Shown here: positions 1 through 8,980 of the stretch, piece after piece | Position numbering within the stretch: position 1 is the first letter of the stretch | Layout of the letters: each line of letters opens with the position of its first letter | Source: Candidatus Woesebacteria bacterium | GTDB lineage: Bacteria; Patescibacteriota; Microgenomatia; UBA8517 | Assembly: GCA_020060845.1 (NCBI GenBank) | Contig: JAGUZK010000017.1 | Coordinates: 23,935 to 87,934, forward strand | Direction: 5' to 3' | DNA length: 64,000 nt | Position numbers and translations under genes: made by a program | The notes under the pieces: model-generated | Seen by the model: only the letters and a program-made list of their open reading frames with translations | Told to the model about the DNA's origin: nothing | Databases searched by the model: none

Positions 1-612
1 TCTTGAGACAAAAACCCTTTTCTACCAGAAAGCATCTCATCATAATATCCCTCCAATCCAAAATAACCCACACTCTCCCCTGACTCATCTTTTCCTAAAA
101 ACCCCAATAAATGGGCAGATGATGACCCTTCTGGATAAAATCTTGATTCTTCTTTTTCAAAATCTAACCCCTCTATGTCTAGTTTTTCTATTGCCTCCTT
201 TTGGACATCGTTTATTCGTGGCACCAAGCTAACCCAATACAAATTTCTCCTCTCCAACAGCTCTCTAATCCTTTCTACCTCCGAATCTTTTTCTTTCTTT
301 TCTGCAAGACGGGGATTATCAACAGAAATTACCTCAACTATCTTCTCGGCAACATCCTTTGCATCCCCTGCGAATTTTTTGGGATTGGCAATAAGGTTCC
401 AAACCTGACCACGGGCAACTAGCCAACTGCCATCTCTTGCAAATATCTCTCCTCTTGAAGCGTCAATAACAGAGCTTTTCCTATGTTGCATGGATGCCGT
501 CTGTGACAATTCGGATCCTTTTACTACTTGCCAATAGAAAAGACGCACAATAGAAAAAACAAACATAAAAATATAAAAGAACAATATAACCAGAAAACGT
601 GGTTTGCTCATA
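1..612 (-). CDS. ftsI: Penicillin-binding protein / FtsI-like transpeptidase, N-terminal part; gene continues beyond the window
   Basis: Minus-strand frame open from 612 (ATG at 610-612) to the window edge. Translation MSKPRFLVILFFYIFMFVFSIV... has an N-terminal TM anchor followed by PBP-dimerisation-like sequence. Sits directly downstream of ftsL-rsmH-mraZ, the canonical dcw gene order. Confidence 0.55.
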
Positions 613-617
613 CTAAT

Positions 618-920
618 CTAGCGTAAAGAGGCAAACGCATCAGATTCGCTGATATAAATAATTTTTGAGGGCTTTGAAAAACCTAAGTTTTGAGAGCTCT
701 CAAGTAGAGAATTCAACGACATCTTACTGACAATGTATCGAGTAAGCTCTTCATTTTTGCTGGAAAGCTCCAAGTATTCCTCCTCAAGCGAAGCTAACTT
801 ACTCCCACCGGAAGAAATATGTATTGTATAGACAATCTGAAGGCAAGAAAAAAGTAGCAGCATCAAAACAAACAACAACTTTAGGCTAATCCTTATAGAT
901 TTGGTTTTTCTTCTTGACAT
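618..920 (-). CDS. ftsL: Cell division protein FtsL-like (small bitopic membrane protein with coiled coil)
   Basis: 100 aa with a basic N-terminus, a single TM helix (LLFVLMLLLFSCLQIVY) and a Leu/Glu-rich heptad segment (LASLEEEYLELSSKNEEL). Lies between rsmH and ftsI as in dcw clusters. Confidence 0.5.
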   Translation of the reverse strand: MSRRKTKSIRISLKLLFVLMLLLFSCLQIVYTIHISSGGSKLASLEEEYLELSSKNEELTRYIVSKMSLNSLLESSQNLGFSKPSKIIYISESDAFASLR

Positions 921-1837
921 ATTCTCTTTTTAATACATCTTAATTTGGCACTACGTGATTTTGGGTTTAAAGCCACCTCCTTTTCACTTGGCACAACGGG
1001 TTTTTTTGTTATAATCTCTGCTAGCCCCTCATTTTCGACTCTTCTAAAGAAATTCTTAACTATAGTGTCTTCTCCTGAATGAAAGGAAATGACAACCATC
1101 CTCGCGTCTTTATTCAAGTAACTGAAGGATTTTGCCAGAGCTACGTTGAGATTATCCAGCTCGCTATTCACTGCAATCCTTAGCGCCATAAACACCTTAG
1201 TTGCAGGATCAATTTTCCCGGATTTAAGACCAACTGCTCTCACCACCTCGATCAGATCCCCAACTACAGCGAATTTTTTTTCTTCCCTATGCTTTACAAT
1301 CTCTACAGCCAATTTCCTCGCAGTGTGATTGCCCACAACTTCAGAAAACATGCTCTCAAGCTGTGATTTGCTAAGGACGTTAAGAAGCGTTGCGGCCGTT
1401 ACTGCCTGAGTGCTTCTATTAAGCCGCATGTCTAAGGGTGCGTCATGGTACCTAAAGGAAAAACCTCGATCTCTCTCCTCAAAATGAAAAGACGAAACAC
1501 CCAAATCAAAAAGCACTCCATCCACACTTTCAATACGATGATACTTAAGAACCGCATCTATATCCCTAAAGTTAGCATTAGCAAGCAAAATGCTTCCAAA
1601 ACCTTTGGAAGCAGGGCAGGCTTGTCTTACTCTCGCTTCTGCTATCTTTATGACCTCGGGGTCAGCATCAATTCCCACGACATTCACCCCTCTTTTTGCA
1701 ATCTCAATAGTATGTCCGGCAAATCCAACTGTAGCATCTAAAACCCAAGTGCCATGTAAACGTGCCAAATACTCTATATCTAAATATTCCAATGCCTCCG
1801 ATAACAAAACAGGCTCATGGTATTTTTCAACCTTCAT
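893..1837 (-). CDS. rsmH: 16S rRNA (cytosine1402-N4)-methyltransferase RsmH (MraW)
   Basis: HEPVLLSEALEYL N-terminal signature, GHT and SSFHFEE motifs, and a DTIVKNFF C-terminal region typical of RsmH. The start is probably the internal Met (MKVEKYHEP) at 1837 rather than 1867, which reduces the overlap with mraZ. Confidence 0.9.
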   Translation of the reverse strand: MKVEKYHEPVLLSEALEYLDIEYLARLHGTWVLDATVGFAGHTIEIAKRGVNVVGIDADPEVIKIAEARVRQACPASKGFGSILLANANFRDIDAVLKYHRIESVDGVLFDLGVSSFHFEERDRGFSFRYHDAPLDMRLNRSTQAVTAATLLNVLSKSQLESMFSEVVGNHTARKLAVEIVKHREEKKFAVVGDLIEVVRAVGLKSGKIDPATKVFMALRIAVNSELDNLNVALAKSFSYLNKDARMVVISFHSGEDTIVKNFFRRVENEGLAEIITKKPVVPSEKEVALNPKSRSAKLRCIKKRICQEEKPNL

Positions 1838-2273
1838 GCCCAGATTTTTGTTTTGCAATCTTTTCAATTAACTTCTCGGCAACCTGACTTATTTCCTCTT
1901 CCTTCTTTTGCCACCTCTCACTGTTCCAAATTTCAGCCCTATCGCCCAAACCAACAAACACAACATTCTCACTAAGACCCCCGTAATCGCGCAAGATCTT
2001 AGGAATCACAAATCTTCCTTGGCCATCTAATTCAACCTCGAAAGCAGAACCCATTATAAACCTATCAGTATCCCTCACAGGGCTGGTAATAAATTCACTC
2101 TTTGCGGTAAGTCTATCTAAAATTCCTGTCCAATTATCTTTTGAGACAATTACTAAGCATCCCTCATACCACTTTGCCACAACACAAACATTCTTAAGTT
2201 CTCTCCTAAATTTTGCCGGGACAGGACATCTTCCCTTCTCGTCTAATTTTGTTTGATATTGTCCAAGAAGCAT
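1827..2273 (-). CDS. mraZ: Transcriptional regulator MraZ
   Basis: 148 aa, with an MLLGQYQTKLDEKGRCPVPAKFRREL N-terminus and a duplicated MraZ/SpoVT-AbrB-like fold. First gene of the dcw block. Confidence 0.9.
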   Translation of the reverse strand: MLLGQYQTKLDEKGRCPVPAKFRRELKNVCVVAKWYEGCLVIVSKDNWTGILDRLTAKSEFITSPVRDTDRFIMGSAFEVELDGQGRFVIPKILRDYGGLSENVVFVGLGDRAEIWNSERWQKKEEEISQVAEKLIEKIAKQKSGHEG

Positions 2274-2282
2274 AATTATTCA

Positions 2283-2306
2283 CCACTTTATTCCACTTTT
2301 AACCAT
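2283..2306 (-). promoter_or_regulatory. Putative MraZ operator: three direct repeats (AAAGTGG, AAAGTGG, ATGG) at 10-bp spacing immediately upstream of mraZ
   Basis: The minus strand reads ...ATGGttaaaAGTGGaataaAGTGGtgaataattATG. The GTGG cores lie at 2283-2286, 2293-2296 and 2303-2306 on the plus strand (as CCAC, CCAC, CCAT). MraZ boxes in Mollicutes and Firmicutes are AAAGTG[GT]-type repeats with one-helical-turn periodicity. Confidence 0.4.
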
Positions 2307-2382
2307 TCTGATATATTTTAGAAAGCAAGTCAAGTCAAAGAATACCCGAATAAGATATCTAAAATATGTCAGTTAAAGAAGA

Positions 2383-3096
2383 CTACTTTAGAAGTGCATA
2401 GATTCCAAGGCCTTTGCTAGATTCACTCCAACCTTGATCGTAGACGTATACCTTACCATCTTCAAATATGCCCTGACCATTATCGTCAGAAGACGAAAAT
2501 ACCCCATAGGGACCTATGATCTTCATCGGGTCAAACGGGTATCCATCGGGTATTCCCAACGTCTCCATAACAACAAAGAAGTTTTTGCTTTCGCGAGGCA
2601 TATACTTGAAAACGCCATCAGAAGAAACTATCTCGTTAGCCCCCTTCTTCATTACAAAGTCTGTCTCAAGCTTCGCTAGCAGTTTTTTATCCTTATCGCG
2701 AAACCACAAAGTAAGGCCACCCTTTTCTACACCTTCATCGTAACGAAATTTTCCAGAGGATTCTGAGCCCAAAAGAATACTGGTCTTATAAGACCCACTA
2801 GTTATATCAATATTATCCCCAGAACTTCCTTGTGCTACCTTTCCTGGAACCTCGTACAGAAACTGAAAGTCCATATATACTGCTTTATTGATCTTGATTT
2901 TTTCAACTTTCAGATCAAGATAATGCCCATCAGACGTAGGAGTAAGTGATATGATGGGCAACTCCTGTAGACTCAGCTTCATGAGATCTTGACCATCGTC
3001 ACTTTTAACCACAGCTTTGGGTCTAAAAACAAAATAGACAGCTACAATTGCTACTACACCCAAACAAAATATAAAAATAGGCATAAACTTCTTCAT
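2383..3096 (-). CDS. Hypothetical membrane-anchored extracytoplasmic protein
   Basis: 237 aa with an N-terminal signal-anchor (IFIFCLGVVAIVAVYFVF). The remainder is hydrophilic and Gly/Ser/Asp-rich. No recognisable catalytic motif. Confidence 0.45.
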   Translation of the reverse strand: MKKFMPIFIFCLGVVAIVAVYFVFRPKAVVKSDDGQDLMKLSLQELPIISLTPTSDGHYLDLKVEKIKINKAVYMDFQFLYEVPGKVAQGSSGDNIDITSGSYKTSILLGSESSGKFRYDEGVEKGGLTLWFRDKDKKLLAKLETDFVMKKGANEIVSSDGVFKYMPRESKNFFVVMETLGIPDGYPFDPMKIIGPYGVFSSSDDNGQGIFEDGKVYVYDQGWSESSKGLGIYALLK

Positions 3097-3166
3097 AAGC
3101 CTTAAATGCTAATTATGTCAAAATTCAGCTAAATTGGATAGCCTCTCTATTAAATGGTACCAAAAT

Positions 3167-4528
3167 CTATTTTAATTTCAAAGACAGCCAACTAGATAAT
3201 TTTCCAACACTCACTCTTTGCTGAGCCACCGTGTCCCTGTCGCGAATTGTCACCGTATCATCCTCTAGAGTCTGATAATCGACGGTTATACAGTATGGTG
3301 TACCAATTTCATCTTGCGAAAAGTATCGTTTTCCAATATTTCCTCGCTCGTCATAAGCAACCATAAATCCTTTTCTTAGTTCCTCATATATTCTTCTTGC
3401 CTTAGTCACAAGATTTTCTTTATTTGCCAGAAGAGGAAAAACAGCAGCCTTAATTGGTGCAAGCTTTATGGGCAATCGCAATACTACTCTATTCCTCTTG
3501 TCATCTTCATGAAAAGAATCTATAAGAATGATTGTCAGTGTACGACTAATCCCAAAAGTTGGTTCTATAACATGAGGAATAAAACGTTCCCCACTCTCAG
3601 GATCAAAATACCTCATATCCTTTCCAGACTTCTGCATATGATTCCTTAGATCAAAATCTGTCCTATAAGCCACAGCGTATAGCTCCTTATAACCCCAAGG
3701 CAACCTATATTCCAAATCCTCAGTCCTTTTCGAATAATGAGCTAGCTCTTCTTTTGTATGTGCCCTCCATCGTAAGCTACTTTTTCTTATACCAATCATC
3801 TCAGCAAATTGCTGGACCTGATCTTTCCAATATTCAAAGTATTCCATCCACTTGTCTTCTGGGACAAAATATTCAAACTCTGCAAGATCAAATTCCAACG
3901 TCCTAAAGGTAAATTTACCCATTGTTATCTCATTCCTAAACGCTTTTCCAATCTGAGCCAGTCCGAACGGAAGCTTTGGATGAATTGAATTAATAACATT
4001 TGAAAAGTTTACAAACATCCCCTGAGCATTTTCTCCCCTTAGGTAAACAGTAGATTTTCCTTCAGTTATTATTCCAACACTTGTCTCAAATAGCTGGTTA
4101 AAATTACGGCTTTGTGTCCAATCTTTTCCACCGCATTTGGGACAGGTTATTTTGTTTTTAGCAACTATCTCGTCAAGCTCTGACGGTGACAATCCTTCTA
4201 CAGACTTCTTAATCGAGTCTTCAATCAAATGATCGGTCCGTGTACGGTAGCGACAGTTTTTACAATCGATCATCACATTTGTGAAATTCTTGGTATGACC
4301 CGAGGCTTCCCAAACCTTAGGACTCATAAGGATGCTTGATTCTATCGGGTGTATATCGTCTCTTGATTCAACAAAAAAATGCCACCAGGTATCAGAAATA
4401 TTCTTCTTAAGCATCGTCCCCAACGGCCCAAAATCATAGGTGTTAGCCAACCCGCCATAGATTTCGCTTCCGGGGTATACAAACCCTCTTCTCTTAGCCA
4501 AACTGGCAATTTTTTCAACTATATCCAT
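3167..4528 (-). CDS. glyQS: Glycine--tRNA ligase (dimeric class II GlyRS)
   Basis: 453 aa; N-terminus MDIVEKIASLAKRRGFVYPGSEIYGGLANTYDFGPLGTMLKKNI is characteristic of glyQS-type GlyRS. Class II motifs and a C-terminal anticodon-binding region are present. TAG stop. Confidence 0.9.
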   Translation of the reverse strand: MDIVEKIASLAKRRGFVYPGSEIYGGLANTYDFGPLGTMLKKNISDTWWHFFVESRDDIHPIESSILMSPKVWEASGHTKNFTNVMIDCKNCRYRTRTDHLIEDSIKKSVEGLSPSELDEIVAKNKITCPKCGGKDWTQSRNFNQLFETSVGIITEGKSTVYLRGENAQGMFVNFSNVINSIHPKLPFGLAQIGKAFRNEITMGKFTFRTLEFDLAEFEYFVPEDKWMEYFEYWKDQVQQFAEMIGIRKSSLRWRAHTKEELAHYSKRTEDLEYRLPWGYKELYAVAYRTDFDLRNHMQKSGKDMRYFDPESGERFIPHVIEPTFGISRTLTIILIDSFHEDDKRNRVVLRLPIKLAPIKAAVFPLLANKENLVTKARRIYEELRKGFMVAYDERGNIGKRYFSQDEIGTPYCITVDYQTLEDDTVTIRDRDTVAQQRVSVGKLSSWLSLKLK

Positions 4529-4569
4529 TTACCTTTGTATTCTACAATTGAAACAACAAATAATCCAAC

Positions 4570-5643
4570 CTATTCTTCCCCGCTCTCAAGTTCCAAATTC
4601 TTTATCGCCGGTAGACTACTATTTGTAACTGCCTGCAATTCTCCCCACATCCCGTAAGTATTATCAATGATTTTCCTAATTTCCTTTTCTTCCCTTGCCC
4701 ACTTTATATTAAAAAACCTCTTCTCCCTTTCTATTCCCTCACTAAGGAGAGTAAACGAATCTACAATTGCTTCTATACGTTGTCTAAACTCATTCCCTGT
4801 CAAATACTGATAGAGTACTTCCTTTTTATCATTCTTGCCAATGTGTGCAGATCTTTCGAAATAAATATGAATAAGGTCAAACCTCAAAGCCGTAGCGATT
4901 GCCAAGACAAAACGCCTTTTTGTAATCCATACCCTATCCCTGTAGACAAAGGTATCCAACCATTCAGGGGCATCCTCAACAACAAGGACCGCAAGCTCCG
5001 CCTTTGCCTGCCTTTGGTCATCACGAAGCTTTGAAATCCACGAATTACTCCATTGAGCATTTTTGGATTCCCAAAGAATTGTTCCACAATGCCGGCCTTT
5101 TTTGTCAATCACTCTCTGGATAATATCAGCTCCTCTTTGCCCTTTCTTGACTTCTTCTATCTTGTCATCTGTAAATTCCCTTCTTAGAAGATCTTCAATC
5201 TCAAGCTCCATCACTTCCCCTTGAATTTGCTGCGATCCTTGTGAAGCTTTTCTCCTTGCCTTCTCCAAAGCTTCCATCAGATCAGATATTTTCTTGTCCT
5301 TTTCTAAATCCTTTAGCTTATGCTCTTCAGTAATCTGTTCAAGAATCTTTGCCTCAATTGCTTTTTTTTCATCAGCTAGCCTCTTTGCTAACTCGTCATC
5401 AAGGGACTTCCTTGCCCTTTCTATCATTTCCTTTTCTTTTTGAATTTCTTGTTCTCTCTTAAGTAATAACTTTGCCTTGCGTTCCTCCTCCTCAAGACGC
5501 GATTGCAATTTCTCTTTATATTCCTCCTCAATCTGCTTTGTAATAGACGTACGAATACTCTCCTCAATTTGATGCCTGATGGCATCGGTTACCTCAAATT
5601 CGTGATTGCATTTTGGACATCTGACCAAACTTAACGCAGACAT
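4570..5643 (-). CDS. DUF2130-like protein: N-terminal zinc ribbon, long coiled coil, C-terminal nuclease-like (PD-(D/E)xK-like) domain
   Basis: CPKCNHEF zinc-ribbon half-site at the N-terminus; a 150-aa segment rich in E/K/L heptads; C-terminal GADIIQRV...GTILWESKN...ELAVLVVEDAPEW resembling a restriction-endonuclease-like core. The start is taken at the internal ATG (MSALSLVRCPKC) at 5643; the longer ORF to 5694 would overlap recO. Confidence 0.45.
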   Translation of the reverse strand: MSALSLVRCPKCNHEFEVTDAIRHQIEESIRTSITKQIEEEYKEKLQSRLEEEERKAKLLLKREQEIQKEKEMIERARKSLDDELAKRLADEKKAIEAKILEQITEEHKLKDLEKDKKISDLMEALEKARRKASQGSQQIQGEVMELEIEDLLRREFTDDKIEEVKKGQRGADIIQRVIDKKGRHCGTILWESKNAQWSNSWISKLRDDQRQAKAELAVLVVEDAPEWLDTFVYRDRVWITKRRFVLAIATALRFDLIHIYFERSAHIGKNDKKEVLYQYLTGNEFRQRIEAIVDSFTLLSEGIEREKRFFNIKWAREEKEIRKIIDNTYGMWGELQAVTNSSLPAIKNLELESGEE

Positions 5644-5665
5644 AGCAAATTCTAGCACAAAAAAG

Positions 5666-6217
5666 TTATTTGTTTGAAAAGATAGACTTTCCAACCCTAA
5701 TTGTATTGATGCTCTGGCTTAGTACATCCTCAAGAACCGCTTCCTCATACTCCATCGGTCTTCCAGCCGGCCAAAATCCAAGCGCGACAAGTACATCATA
5801 GATAAACTCCTTACGAATCTTCTTCAATCCAATGTTACTCTGAACTTTCCTGAGATAGTTAAGCAGAAGGTCAAAAATGTATTCATTCCTTTCACCTTCA
5901 TGCATAAATTTGTCAATAACTTCGATGAAAAAATATGCAAGCGATGCTCTTGCCAAGCTTTTTCGAGTTGGAATAAATACTTCAATTGGCTCTACCTCTC
6001 TAAGTAGATCTAACCCCTTTGATTTGGCAACTAAAAACCTAGAATGACAGAAAATCTCAAGAGCACTTCTTTTCCTGCTCTTCGGCCTTCTCACTCCCTT
6101 CGCTAGAAGGGTAATCTTACCATGCTCTCTGCTAAAAATTTTAACTATCCTATCTGCCTCGGAATAATTTATGCGTGAAAGGACAATCCCATCACAAATG
6201 TAGTTTCGTAAGGCCAT
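5666..6217 (-). CDS. recO: DNA repair protein RecO (short form)
   Basis: N-terminal OB-fold region (DGIVLSRINYSEADRIVKIFSREHGKITLLAKGVRRPKSRK...LEIF) matches the RecO N-terminal domain. Only 183 aa, shorter than typical RecO. TAA stop. Confidence 0.6.
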   Translation of the reverse strand: MALRNYICDGIVLSRINYSEADRIVKIFSREHGKITLLAKGVRRPKSRKRSALEIFCHSRFLVAKSKGLDLLREVEPIEVFIPTRKSLARASLAYFFIEVIDKFMHEGERNEYIFDLLLNYLRKVQSNIGLKKIRKEFIYDVLVALGFWPAGRPMEYEEAVLEDVLSQSINTIRVGKSIFSNK

Positions 6218-6226
6218 TTCAACGGG

Positions 6227-8254
6227 CTAAATCTTAATTTTTATTTCTTTGTCAGTTGAAAGATAAAATTCTTCAGACTTTTTTCCAACGGTCAAGCTAT
6301 ACCTAGGTTTATCTTTCCCTGGTTGCTTCTGAATCAAAAGCCTATAATAATCGGTCACTTTTATCGGAAGCTTATACCTCAATGTCAATTTTGCCACCCC
6401 TTGGGGCCGCAAGTGAAATGAGCCAGCAAAAACAGTTTTTTCCAGCTCTTCATAAGGACTTTCTACTTTTTCAGCACCATCGAAACTCAAAAGCTCGCTT
6501 CCTTTTGGTACATAAATTCTTACATGGTTGGGGAGAATTGAATTCAACCATCCATCTTGTTTCTCTGGGTTTTTGTAAGTAATCTCAAGAATTTTCTCTA
6601 CACTCCCATCCTTTGAAATCTTAATGTCCTGCACCACATCTTGAACAACATATAAATTTGATTTTCTTCCTCCAAGGTTTGCATCGTTGATGTGCAAATA
6701 GTCTCCATCATACTCCTTAATATCTCCACCCAATCCAAAGCCATTCACGGCTTTTTGCATTTCATCATCCAAAATAAAAACCAAAACATGCTTTTCAGCT
6801 ACCGATCTAATTGCCGCTTCAAATAACCTAGGTAGTTTATCTTTCGGCTGTCCCAATGTATTAGAAAGAATTGAATTCATAAGAGGACCTATTATCTTTT
6901 TCCTGTTATCATAATTGGGAGGGGCATAAACAATTTTACCCGGTTCATTTTCGCTCCAAACAATCGCCCCTTCTTGATCAGCAAAACTTTCAAGCTCGTA
7001 AATTACCTGGGGACATTTACACTCCGGTACAATTTCAGTACTGAAATTGCCATAGCCGGGAACCCCAATTGGACCTATAACCTCAAGTATATTTACCAAA
7101 AGCTGGGTATCCACAGCAATTATTCCATCAATATCATCCATCCCAACCTTGGACACCTCAGAAGAAAAAGTTTTCATCGAGATTCCAAAGTCAGGACTCC
7201 AGTTCATATCTCTCAATCTAAATTTATTGTTACCAATATAAATTCCTTTCAGAAGCTCAGCAAAAACTCTCGGCGCGGCAATCGAGGGACGATAATTCTT
7301 ATCAAGCGAATATATGTCGCTGGAAACTACAGGATCAAACTTGCCATCCTTCACTCTTGCAATAGAGTACGCTGTCAAAAATCCCCCTGTTGGCCTCAGC
7401 TCCTTATCGTTCTGAAAAAGTACAAGATATGTCCTCTCCTCTCCTATTCCAATAAGGTATGACGCTATTTCCAAAAGCGGCTTCCCATTCTTCACAAAAG
7501 ATGAGGCCGTCTGGAACATATCAAATAATTTAACTAAATTGTTTCTAACCTCAATATCTTGAAACTTCTCGGGGTAGATTTGGGGGTCAATATAAGAAAG
7601 CTCCCTGTCAATTAGATCTAATTTAGCAATCAGCTGATCAGATACCGGAATGAGATCGGGGATTGTCTTCACAATAAAATCAATCCTATCTTGAGTCGTT
7701 TCTTCTCCACTCTTAGCCTGAGATGACAAAGAAGAAAACCCAATTATATCAGCATAAGGTTCGACTGCTTTTATAACTACTTCAGCTGCATCTATCCCAT
7801 AAAGAGAGGCTTCGATCGCATGTCTGCCATCATCTATATACCTCCCGATCAGAGGGACAAATCTCAAAAAAGAGATGTAAGAATATGATTTCTTAAGCCC
7901 AATTACCTCCTCCCTTGTCTTACCCAACTGAGTTTTTATTTTTTCCAGGTCTTGCTCTTTGGCAATAGACACAAGAAGGTCAACTGAGGATTTTACAAAT
8001 AAAGCCTTTTTGTAAACCCCAAAAGATAAAAATGCAACCACAAAGATAATTGAAAGAAGTGTGATTAAACTAGAAATAAATAGAAGCCGCCTCATCCTCC
8101 ACTTCTTGGATGCACTTTTCTTTCCTCCGCCACCATCATGATTGGTATCCCTCCCAGACGGAACTATTTGAGGAATCAAGACCTCATCATTGGAAGTGAC
8201 CCTTGAGCCTCCACTGTCTTCACCTAGACCAATTTTAGGAATAGAATCTTGCAT
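6227..8254 (-). CDS. Large membrane-anchored extracytoplasmic protein, DUF4012-like, associated with a polysaccharide locus
   Basis: 675 aa with a disordered Gly-rich cytoplasmic N-terminus, one TM (LLFISSLITLLSIIFVVAFLSF) and a large extracytoplasmic domain. Lies immediately upstream of the priming sugar transferase, as DUF4012 proteins commonly do. Confidence 0.4.
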   Translation of the reverse strand: MQDSIPKIGLGEDSGGSRVTSNDEVLIPQIVPSGRDTNHDGGGGKKSASKKWRMRRLLFISSLITLLSIIFVVAFLSFGVYKKALFVKSSVDLLVSIAKEQDLEKIKTQLGKTREEVIGLKKSYSYISFLRFVPLIGRYIDDGRHAIEASLYGIDAAEVVIKAVEPYADIIGFSSLSSQAKSGEETTQDRIDFIVKTIPDLIPVSDQLIAKLDLIDRELSYIDPQIYPEKFQDIEVRNNLVKLFDMFQTASSFVKNGKPLLEIASYLIGIGEERTYLVLFQNDKELRPTGGFLTAYSIARVKDGKFDPVVSSDIYSLDKNYRPSIAAPRVFAELLKGIYIGNNKFRLRDMNWSPDFGISMKTFSSEVSKVGMDDIDGIIAVDTQLLVNILEVIGPIGVPGYGNFSTEIVPECKCPQVIYELESFADQEGAIVWSENEPGKIVYAPPNYDNRKKIIGPLMNSILSNTLGQPKDKLPRLFEAAIRSVAEKHVLVFILDDEMQKAVNGFGLGGDIKEYDGDYLHINDANLGGRKSNLYVVQDVVQDIKISKDGSVEKILEITYKNPEKQDGWLNSILPNHVRIYVPKGSELLSFDGAEKVESPYEELEKTVFAGSFHLRPQGVAKLTLRYKLPIKVTDYYRLLIQKQPGKDKPRYSLTVGKKSEEFYLSTDKEIKIKI

Positions 8255-8257
8255 ATT

Positions 8258-8911
8258 CTAAACAGCCCCCTTGCCTGAAATCATCACCCAAGGAGTTTTC
8301 AAAAGAATGAGTATATCAAAAATAATAGAGCGTTTTCTAGCATAATAGGCATCCATTTGTATCCTCTTGTCAAATGCCACATCACTTCTTCCACTAACCT
8401 GCCAATAGCCTGTAATGCCTGGCTTGACCTTCAATGCTTCCTTGACATACTTTTCCGTACCGGGAAATTTCCTTTGCTGTTCCTCTAATTCTTCTCTAAG
8501 ATATGGCCTTGGTCCAACAATGCTCATCTCACCTCTAAGCACATTTATAAGTTGAGGTATCTCATCAATTGAGTGTTTACGTATAAACTTTCCAATAGGA
8601 GTAACTCTTGTGTCATTTCTGACTTTATATGTGCCACTCGTATGCTTCTCAACATAGACGTGACGGTACCTGGGATCACTTTTCTCTAACTTATCTGCAC
8701 CAACCATCATTGATCTAAACTTAAAAAGCCGGAATTCCTTTCCACCCTTCCCAACCCGAAGCATATGGGAATTAGAGGTCTCAACCAAAATCGGTCCCGG
8801 TGAAGTCACTTTAATTATAATTGCCACAACAAGCATAACAGGGGAAAATAAGACAAGAAGAAAAAGTGACCCGAAAATATCAATTAACCTTTTTACAATG
8901 TCGTAAAACAT
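8258..8911 (-). CDS. Polyprenyl-phosphate sugar-phosphate transferase (PglC/WbaP-like small bacterial sugar transferase); priming enzyme
   Basis: 217 aa with an N-terminal re-entrant helix, then KGGKEFRLFKFRSM and DEIPQLINVLRGEMSIVGPRP motifs diagnostic of the bacterial sugar transferase family. Confidence 0.85.
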   Translation of the reverse strand: MFYDIVKRLIDIFGSLFLLVLFSPVMLVVAIIIKVTSPGPILVETSNSHMLRVGKGGKEFRLFKFRSMMVGADKLEKSDPRYRHVYVEKHTSGTYKVRNDTRVTPIGKFIRKHSIDEIPQLINVLRGEMSIVGPRPYLREELEEQQRKFPGTEKYVKEALKVKPGITGYWQVSGRSDVAFDKRIQMDAYYARKRSIIFDILILLKTPWVMISGKGAV

Positions 8912-8980
8912 AGACGGGCAGGCGAATTATACTATTTTTTCAAAAACCATCAGCTCTTTATACATTTTTTCTATATTCAA

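Noticed and set aside
175-422. Plus-strand ORFs of 60-190 aa overlapping minus-strand genes throughout the window (for example 175-408, 6974-7462, 43065-43451, 50540-51115)
   Set aside because: They lie antisense to long, well-supported genes with clear family motifs. They have low-complexity, stop-poor AT-rich composition typical of shadow ORFs, and none has recognisable motifs.
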